Position numbers and translations under genes: made by a program
Assembly (NCBI GenBank): GCA_040905465.1
Contig: JBBDRK010000045.1
Coordinates: forward strand, 1-21,290
Source: Trueperaceae bacterium
GTDB lineage: Bacteria; Deinococcota; Deinococci; Deinococcales; Trueperaceae
Direction: 5' to 3'
Length of the DNA stretch: 21,290 nucleotides
Shown here: positions 15,578 through 21,290 of the stretch, in pieces
Layout: every line of letters begins with the position of its first letter
Numbering within the stretch: position 1 is the first letter of the stretch
The notes under the pieces: model-generated
The model's input: only the letters and a program-made list of their open reading frames with translations
The model's database searches: none
What the model was told of the DNA's origin: nothing

Positions 15578-17346
15578 GCTTTCACCGCACCGGCGGCGGT
15601 GGCGCCGACACCGGGAATCGACGCCAACTCCTCGACGCCGGCGTGCCGCAACTGCTCCACGCTGGAAAAGTGCGCAAGCAGGGCGTCGCGCCGCTTGGGA
15701 CCGATCCCGGGGACATCGTCCAGAACCGAGCGAGTCATCGCCTTGCCGCGGCGGTTGCGATTGTATCCCACGGCGATGCGGTGCGCCTCGTCTCGCACGT
15801 TGATCAGCAACTTCAGCCCGGGGTGCGAGCGCGGAACGATTATCTCCCGCCCGCCTGCGGCGATGATCGTTTCCTGGCGCTTGGCCAGTCCCAGCAGCGG
15901 GATGTCGACACCGGCATCGGCCAGTGCCCGCCGAGCCGCCGAAAGTTGCCCCTTGCCGCCATCGATCAGCAGCAGGTCCGGTGGCGGCAGCTTGTCCGCC
16001 AGCGCTCCGGCGAAGCGCCGGTAAACGGCCTGATGCATGCTGAAGAAGTCGTCGGGCTTCTCCAGGTCGCGGATTCGCACCCGCCGGTACTCGCTCTTGC
16101 GCGCCCGGCCACCCTCGAACACCACGATGCTCGCCACCGTATGGCTGCCCATCAGGTTGCTTATGTCGAACCCTTCGATCCGGTACGGAGGCGTCTCCAG
16201 GCCCGCCAGCTTCTGCAACTCGGCAATACCGGGCGCCTCGCCACGCCGCTCCAGCAGCGCTATCTCCGCCTCGACGCCGGTGCTGGCGTTGCGCTCGGCC
16301 ATCCGCATCAGGTCTATCTTGTCACCGCGCTTGGGCACGCGCAGTTCCACCCGGCGACCGGCTCGCCCGCTAAGGAACTCGCTCCACACGCCACGCTCGA
16401 GGTCTGAAGGCGGCACCAGCACCAACGGCGGCACCTGCATGGCTTGGGTGTAGTACTCCCCCATGAAGCGCTCCAGGATCTCGCCACGCTCGGCATGAGC
16501 GGCGTTGGTGAGGAAGCGCTTGTCGTGACCCACAACCCGCCCGCGGCGCATCTGGAAGAGCTGCACCATTGCGAAGTTACCGGCCTGGGCGAGACCCAGG
16601 AAGTCGAGATCCTCCTCGGAGTGGCGAGAAACATCGCTTTCGAAACCGGTCAGCCTCCGCAGCGCCTGCAACCGGTCGCGATACACCCGGGCCAGCTCGA
16701 AGTCGCGCCTCGCTGCCGCGCCCTGCATCTCCTGCTCCAGCATGCTGGCAGTGTCTTCGACCCGACCCTCGAGAAACGCCCGCACCTGCTCCACTACCTT
16801 GCCGTACTCCTCCTCGTCGGTCTCGCCGATGCAGGGAGCCAGGCACCTCCCCATGTGGAAGCGCAGGCACGCCTTGCGCCGGGTCTTCATCGGCACGCCG
16901 CTGTTCTGGCGCAGCGGGAAGATCGAGCCGATGAGGTCCTGGACGCGGCGAACCACACCCGGATTGGGGTAGGGGCCGAAGTAGGTGCCGCCGTCCTTCA
17001 CCACGCGGCGGGTGAACAGCAGCATCGGGTAGGGCTCGTCGGTCAACTTCAGGAACGGATAGCTCTTGTCGTCCTTGAGCAGGACGTTGTAGTGCGGTTT
17101 GTAACGCTTGATCAGGTTGGCTTCCAGGATCAGCGCCTCGACCTCGCTCTTCGTCACGATGAAGTCGACTCGTGCCGCGCCCTCGGCAACCAACCTTGCC
17201 TTGCGGTCGGTAGAAACGCCGAAGTAGGAGCTCACCCGGCTCCTGATGCTCAGGGCCTTCCCGACGTAGATCACCTCGCCGGCGTCGTCCTTGAACAAGT
17301 AGCAGCCCGGTGTTGCCGGCAACACCGGCAGGTCCGCGCGTTTCAC
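15538..17346 (-). CDS. uvrC: Excinuclease ABC subunit C
   Basis: GIY-YIG domain (PGCYLF...VIYVGKA, EALILEANLIK, YNVLLKDDKSYP), Cys region, UVR domain (DFELARVYRD), RNase H-like domain (IEGFDISN, IDGGKGQL, RDEAHR) and two HhH motifs. SD AGGAG upstream of the GTG. Confidence 0.97.
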   Translation of the reverse strand: MKRADLPVLPATPGCYLFKDDAGEVIYVGKALSIRSRVSSYFGVSTDRKARLVAEGAARVDFIVTKSEVEALILEANLIKRYKPHYNVLLKDDKSYPFLKLTDEPYPMLLFTRRVVKDGGTYFGPYPNPGVVRRVQDLIGSIFPLRQNSGVPMKTRRKACLRFHMGRCLAPCIGETDEEEYGKVVEQVRAFLEGRVEDTASMLEQEMQGAAARRDFELARVYRDRLQALRRLTGFESDVSRHSEEDLDFLGLAQAGNFAMVQLFQMRRGRVVGHDKRFLTNAAHAERGEILERFMGEYYTQAMQVPPLVLVPPSDLERGVWSEFLSGRAGRRVELRVPKRGDKIDLMRMAERNASTGVEAEIALLERRGEAPGIAELQKLAGLETPPYRIEGFDISNLMGSHTVASIVVFEGGRARKSEYRRVRIRDLEKPDDFFSMHQAVYRRFAGALADKLPPPDLLLIDGGKGQLSAARRALADAGVDIPLLGLAKRQETIIAAGGREIIVPRSHPGLKLLINVRDEAHRIAVGYNRNRRGKAMTRSVLDDVPGIGPKRRDALLAHFSSVEQLRHAGVEELASIPGVGATAAGAVKAYFADDPGDQGVA

Positions 17347-17417
17347 CGCGTTTCTCCTGCCCTGCCGACACCCGAAACGGTCGAGCCTTGGGCGGTCGTC
17401 CTCACGCGCCTATTGTA
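17343..17417 (-). promoter_or_regulatory. -10 box plus putative leaderless 20-aa uORF coupled to uvrC
   Basis: TACAAT (17417-17412), AGGCGC, GTG 17405 ... CGG TGA (17345-17343), which overlaps uvrC GTG 17346. Confidence 0.45.
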
Positions 17418-17490
17418 TCGGGGCCCGTCGGCCACGGCCGTTTCCAGCTGGACGTTGCGGGAACGGTGGGCCCGATCGTCGGTGGCCTCG

Positions 17491-18690
17491 TCAGAGCGTC
17501 TTCCAGGCGATCACCGCAAGCATTGCCATCATGGCGCCGACGGTCATAGCCGCGCCCGCGAGCGGAACGCCGAACAGCAGGATCCCCGCCCCCAGGACGT
17601 AACCTCCGTCGCGAAAGAACCGGTAGATGCCCAGAGCGGTGGCGCGCCGTTCCGGCGCCGCTCGGTCCGACACGTAGGCGAGCAGCGTCGGGTAGGCCAT
17701 GCCGGTTCCCAGCCCCAGCAATGTGGCGCTCAGCAACGCACCCCGATAGTCGTGGACCGAGCCCAGCGTCAGCAGGCCCGCACCCTGGAGAAGCAGGCCG
17801 AACGCAATCAGCTCGCGCCGGCCGACCCGGTCGGACACGGCGCCGAACAGCAGTTGGCCGGCCGCCCAGATACCCGGGTACAGAGCGGTCACGACGCCGG
17901 TCTGCGCGAGATCGAATCCGCGACCCGCCATCAGGAGGGGCAACGCCAGCCACACCAGGCCGTCCTTGAGGTTGGTCGCCGCACCCAGCAGCCCGGGCAA
18001 ACCGACACCCGGCTCCCAGCGGACGGCGACGGCGGTGCTAGCCGGCCGGGTCTCCGGCACCAGCAGCGCGCTGGCCAGGCCCACGGCAACCAGCAGATAG
18101 CCCAGCGCGAAGGGATCCGGCGGCCACGGGCCGAACCAGGGAAAGGCGCCAGCGCCAGCGCCGCCGGCTGCTCCAGCGCCAGCGCCGCCGGCGACCAGGC
18201 CGGTGAGCAGAGCCAGCAAGGCGACGCCGGAATATCCGCTGAACTCGTTGATACCCGCTGTCAGACCGCGCGAGCGCGCCGGCGCCAGGTCGATCATCAT
18301 GTTCAGGGTCATCGACCACGCCAGTCCCTGGTTCGCGCCGAGAAGAATGTTGGCGAGCGTCACAGAAAGCGCTCCGCTCTCGCCGCCGGCCAGCAGCCAC
18401 GGTATCGGAGCGGCCAGCAGCCAGCCCGCCAGCAGGACTCGGCGCCTGCCGAACCGGTCGGCCAGGCCTCCCACCAGCAGGTTGAGCAACGCCTTGCTGG
18501 CGCCGAATCCGATCACCAGTGCCGGGACCGCCGCCAGCAGGGCGGAAGTGCCGGCACCATCGGCAGGCAACGGCAGCACCGTGCGCTCCAGGCCGACCAT
18601 GCCGCCGACGAACAGGTTGTTCACGGCCAGCAGGACGAACGTCCGGCGCCAGGACCAGGAAGCGCGAATCGCCGGCTGGACCCGCCTCAC
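17491..18690 (-). CDS. MFS transporter
   Basis: VNNLFVGGMVGLERTVLPL, GGLADRFGRRRVL, LLGANQGLAW, GINEFSGY, GAVSDRVGRR, GMAYPTLL and GIYRFFRDGGY. Start is placed at GTG 18690, 10 nt after the upstream stop; the longer ORF-track start overlaps that gene. Confidence 0.88.
   Translation of the reverse strand: MRRVQPAIRASWSWRRTFVLLAVNNLFVGGMVGLERTVLPLPADGAGTSALLAAVPALVIGFGASKALLNLLVGGLADRFGRRRVLLAGWLLAAPIPWLLAGGESGALSVTLANILLGANQGLAWSMTLNMMIDLAPARSRGLTAGINEFSGYSGVALLALLTGLVAGGAGAGAAGGAGAGAFPWFGPWPPDPFALGYLLVAVGLASALLVPETRPASTAVAVRWEPGVGLPGLLGAATNLKDGLVWLALPLLMAGRGFDLAQTGVVTALYPGIWAAGQLLFGAVSDRVGRRELIAFGLLLQGAGLLTLGSVHDYRGALLSATLLGLGTGMAYPTLLAYVSDRAAPERRATALGIYRFFRDGGYVLGAGILLFGVPLAGAAMTVGAMMAMLAVIAWKTL
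18149..18192. repeat. In-frame 24-bp-period duplication encoding (AGGAGAGA)x2
   Basis: CCAGCGCCAGCGCCGCCGGC is identical at 18149-18168 and 18173-18192. Confidence 0.85.
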
Positions 18691-18700
18691 GGCCTCCCGC

Positions 18701-20101
18701 TCACTTCGTGACGGTTCGTTCCTGCGCGCTCTCCCAGCCGCCGTAAGAGCCTTCCAGATCGACGACGTTTTCGAACCCGGCTGCCAGCAGCATGCTGGCC
18801 GCCACCGCCGCGCGGCCACCGCTCTGGCAGTGCACGACGATCGGCCGATCGCCGGGGATGCGGGACAGGTTCGTCCGCAGGCGTCCCAGGTGAACCCGGC
18901 TGGCGCCGGGAATATGCCCGGCCTCGAACTCGCTCCGGCCGCGGACGTCCAGCACGAATGCGTCGCTGAGCGACGGTAATTGCTGCGGTGTGACGGTAGC
19001 CAAGGGCCGTCGCTCGAGCCCGTCGAGGCTGCTGACGAAGCCGCGTACGTCGTCCACGCCGATGAGAGCGAGCTTGCGGCTGAGTCCCGCGGCCGCCTCG
19101 GCGTCCGTCGCCAGGAGATAGATCGGTCCCGGGTCGAGTTCCGGATCCAGCGCGTACGAGGCGTAGGTGGTGAAACGACCGCCGGCCGGTACGTGCAGCG
19201 CGCCCTTGATCCCGTCGGCAACGTAGCGCTGCGCCGAGCGCGTGTCGATGAGTCTCGCACCTTGCGACAGCCGACGCGCCATCTCCTCGGGCTCCAGCCG
19301 CTGCAGCTGCCGGCGCTCCCCCAGCGGCGCCGGTCCCTGCAGGTTCTGCCGCTTCATCCGGCCGAAGTAGCTGGGCGCATCCGGCTGCCCCTCCAGCAAC
19401 TCCTTGCTGAACCCCTTCGCATCTCCTCGCAGCACGTAAGGCGCCCACCAGGAGAAGCGGCGCTCGTAGCCCACCGTGGTGCTCGGCACCGCTCCCAGCG
19501 CCTTGCCGCAGGCGCTTCCCGCGCCGTGGCCGGGCAGCACCTGGACGTAGTCGGGCAGCGTCAGGAAGCGGTCACGGAGACTGGCGAAGAGCCGGTCGGC
19601 ACCGTCGAAGCGCGTATCGCTCGCTCCCGCCGCCTCGTCGAGCAGGTCTGGCCGTCCGACATCTCCCACGAAGACGAAGTCGCCGGTGAGCAGGTAGCCC
19701 GGCTCGGAAGCGGCCGCACCGTCGGTTATCAGGAACGACAGGTGCTCGGGAGTGTGCCCGGGCGTGTGCACCGCGGTAATCGTGACGTTTCCCAAGCGGA
19801 TTGCGGCTCCGTCTGCGAGCCGTTCGCTCTCGATGGCGTATTGCCAGTCGTCGCCGCCCTCGCCCGAGAGGTATAACCGCGCATTGGCGGCGCCGGCGAG
19901 TTCGACGCTGCCGGAGAGGTAGTCGGCGTGGACGTGGGTCTCGGTCACCGCCACTATGCGCATCCCCTTGGAGCGTGCCGCGTCCAGGTAACGGCCCGGG
20001 TCGCGTAACGGGTCGACGACGAGCATCTCGCCGCTGGCCTGGCAACCGATCAGATAGCTGGCCTGGGCCAGGTCGTCGTCGTACATGCGCTCGAGAAGCA
20101 T
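18701..20101 (-). CDS. CstB-like persulfide dioxygenase-sulfurtransferase (MBL-fold + pseudo-rhodanese + rhodanese)
   Basis: ETHVHADYLSG, HTPGHTPEH, TGDFVFVGDVGRPDL and PGHGAGSACGK; Cys-less middle rhodanese-like domain; C-terminal LDVR..EFEAGHIPGA..HCQSGGRA. ATG 20101 follows GGAGG. Confidence 0.9.
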   Translation of the reverse strand: MLLERMYDDDLAQASYLIGCQASGEMLVVDPLRDPGRYLDAARSKGMRIVAVTETHVHADYLSGSVELAGAANARLYLSGEGGDDWQYAIESERLADGAAIRLGNVTITAVHTPGHTPEHLSFLITDGAAASEPGYLLTGDFVFVGDVGRPDLLDEAAGASDTRFDGADRLFASLRDRFLTLPDYVQVLPGHGAGSACGKALGAVPSTTVGYERRFSWWAPYVLRGDAKGFSKELLEGQPDAPSYFGRMKRQNLQGPAPLGERRQLQRLEPEEMARRLSQGARLIDTRSAQRYVADGIKGALHVPAGGRFTTYASYALDPELDPGPIYLLATDAEAAAGLSRKLALIGVDDVRGFVSSLDGLERRPLATVTPQQLPSLSDAFVLDVRGRSEFEAGHIPGASRVHLGRLRTNLSRIPGDRPIVVHCQSGGRAAVAASMLLAAGFENVVDLEGSYGGWESAQERTVTK

Positions 20102-20118
20102 CGGATCCTCCACCCCGA

Positions 20119-20147
20119 ACGATATACCCCTGCCGGGTATACGTCAA
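20119..20147 (-). promoter_or_regulatory. Sigma70-type promoter containing a CsoR/CstR-type operator
   Basis: TTGACG (20147-20142), 17 nt, TATCGT (20124-20119). Perfect inverted repeat TATACCC-CTGCC-GGGTATA at 20123-20141. Confidence 0.8.
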
Positions 20148-20155
20148 GCTGTCGC

Positions 20156-21289
20156 TCAGACCTCGAGCAGGAGCGCTTCGGGGTTCTCGAGCAACTCGAT
20201 GAGGTAGCTGGTGAACATGGCGGCTTCGGCACCATCGATCAGCCGGTGATCGAACGACAGGCTCAGGTAGAGCATCTGCCGCGCCACGATGGTGTCGTCT
20301 TCCAGGACGACGGGGCGCTTCTTGATCGAATGAACACCCAGAATCGCTGCTTCCGGGACGTTGATTATCGGGAACGAGAACAACCCGCCCAGCGAGCCGA
20401 TGTTCGTTACCGAGAAGGTTCCGCCCTTCACGTCGGCCGGCTCGAGCTTGCCGTCCCGGGCCCGCTGCGCCTTCTGCAGCAACTCTTCGGCCAGCTCGAC
20501 GAGCGCCTTGCGGTCGACGTCGTGAACCACCGGCACCACCAGGCCGTTGTCGGTCGCTACCGCCAGGCCCAGGTTGTAGTAATACTTGCGGACGATCTCC
20601 CCGGCTTCTTCGTCGAGAGACGCGTTGATCGCGGGAAACGCCTTCAACGCCGCCACCACCGCCTTCAGGATGAAAGGCAGGTAGGAGAGCTTCACGCCGC
20701 GCTTCTCGGTGATCCGGTTCAGCCGGGCTCGCATCGCCACCAGCGAGCTCAGGTCCGCCTCGTCGACATGCAGCGTCCGCACCGACTGCAGGTGAGACAC
20801 GGTCATCTGCTGGCTTATCGCCCGCCGCAACCCGCGAACCGGCACGCGCTCCTCGCGATCTTCATAGCCGGCCGGGGTGTGGTGGCGCGGCGCTTCCGGC
20901 CGTGGCGCCGACGGGCGCTGCGCTGCGGTCCCGCTCGCACCGCTCTCGGCGTGCGCACGAACGTCGTCGACCCTCACGCGGCCGTTCGGCCCGCTCCCCT
21001 CCACCCGATCTAGCTCCACGCCCAACTCTCTGGCCAGGCGGCGTGCCGCCGGCACCGCCAGTACTCGCCCGTACGGACCGCTGGCCCTGGCGCCGTCGTG
21101 CCGGCCGCCCGAGCGCCGCACCTGCAGGGCCGGTCCTTCGTCCGCTGCCGTCGACGGCCGGAACAGGCTCAACCGGTCCCCGTCGTCTTCGCCGTCATCC
21201 TCTTCGCCGTCCGCGCCGCCATCCGCCGCCTCGGCGTGCGCCGCTCCGGTTTCGGCCGCTCCGGTCTCGGCCGCGCCGCGTTCAGCGCC
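20156..21289 (-). CDS. 2-oxoacid dehydrogenase E2 (dihydrolipoamide acyltransferase), probably branched-chain/pyruvate type; 5'-partial
   Basis: E3-binding domain LAVPAARRLARELGVEL..VEGSGPNGRV, GLVVPVV, GGTFSVTNIG, PIINVPEAAILG and LSFDHRLIDG. The frame is open to the window edge through an acidic Ala/Gly linker; the lipoyl domain is outside the window. Confidence 0.95.
   Translation of the reverse strand, partial: GAERGAAETGAAETGAAHAEAADGGADGEEDDGEDDGDRLSLFRPSTAADEGPALQVRRSGGRHDGARASGPYGRVLAVPAARRLARELGVELDRVEGSGPNGRVRVDDVRAHAESGASGTAAQRPSAPRPEAPRHHTPAGYEDREERVPVRGLRRAISQQMTVSHLQSVRTLHVDEADLSSLVAMRARLNRITEKRGVKLSYLPFILKAVVAALKAFPAINASLDEEAGEIVRKYYYNLGLAVATDNGLVVPVVHDVDRKALVELAEELLQKAQRARDGKLEPADVKGGTFSVTNIGSLGGLFSFPIINVPEAAILGVHSIKKRPVVLEDDTIVARQMLYLSLSFDHRLIDGAEAAMFTSYLIELLENPEALLLEV
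21241..21277. repeat. 15-bp tandem repeat in the E2 linker (GAAET units)
   Basis: CCGCTCCGGTTTCGG, CCGCTCCGGTCTCGG, CCGCGCC. Confidence 0.7.
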
Positions 21290-21290
21290 G

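Noticed and set aside
17347..17490. SOS/LexA box or Deinococcus RDRM (DdrO) site upstream of uvrC
   Set aside because: No AT-rich palindrome resembling these operators is present.
18691..19260. Apparent 589-aa MFS with a long N-terminal extension, or a fusion with the rhodanese gene
   Set aside because: The extension is an off-frame reading of the CstB-like gene, which has its own stop at 18701-18703. GTG 18690 gives a normal-length MFS.
443..20147. Long alternative-frame and antisense ORFs (e.g. 443-1681, 2668-4098, 4387-6054, 7492-8820, 11513-12868, 16444-18711)
   Set aside because: They overlap clearly identified genes, are Arg/Pro/Gly-rich or typical antisense shadows of high-GC coding DNA, and show no recognisable motifs.

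Overview
Gene-dense, high-GC bacterial chromosome segment, probably Deinococcota and possibly Truepera-like. This is an inference from the Thermus-type amylomaltase, the 3-Cys UvrC, the very long nucleoside permease and several TANNNT-6 nt-start leaderless promoters. Gene order: TRAP fused permease (probably 5'-partial), YnfM-like MFS, fluoroacetate/haloacetate dehalogenase (+); ABC exporter (-); Xre/MbcA-RES toxin-antitoxin pair (+); malQ, two nucleoside-type ABC permeases, Ser/Thr kinase, DUF58, MoxR (-); GNAT (+); uvrC, MFS, CstB-like MBL-rhodanese fusion and a partial 2-oxoacid dehydrogenase E2 (-). I saw no tRNA, rRNA, IS element or CRISPR array. The most interesting signals are non-coding or sub-gene scale. 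(1) A 14-bp tandem repeat array lies before the dehalogenase, and its GTGA cores form a chain of overlapping 5-codon mini-ORFs. (2) Two separate genes (ABC exporter, uvrC) are preceded by -10 box / 6 nt / short leaderless ORF whose stop overlaps the gene's GTG start. (3) A CsoR/CstR-type operator sits inside a near-consensus promoter of a CstB-like + MFS operon. (4) The kinase has DYD in place of DFG. All are hypotheses from reading the sequence, not confirmed systems.
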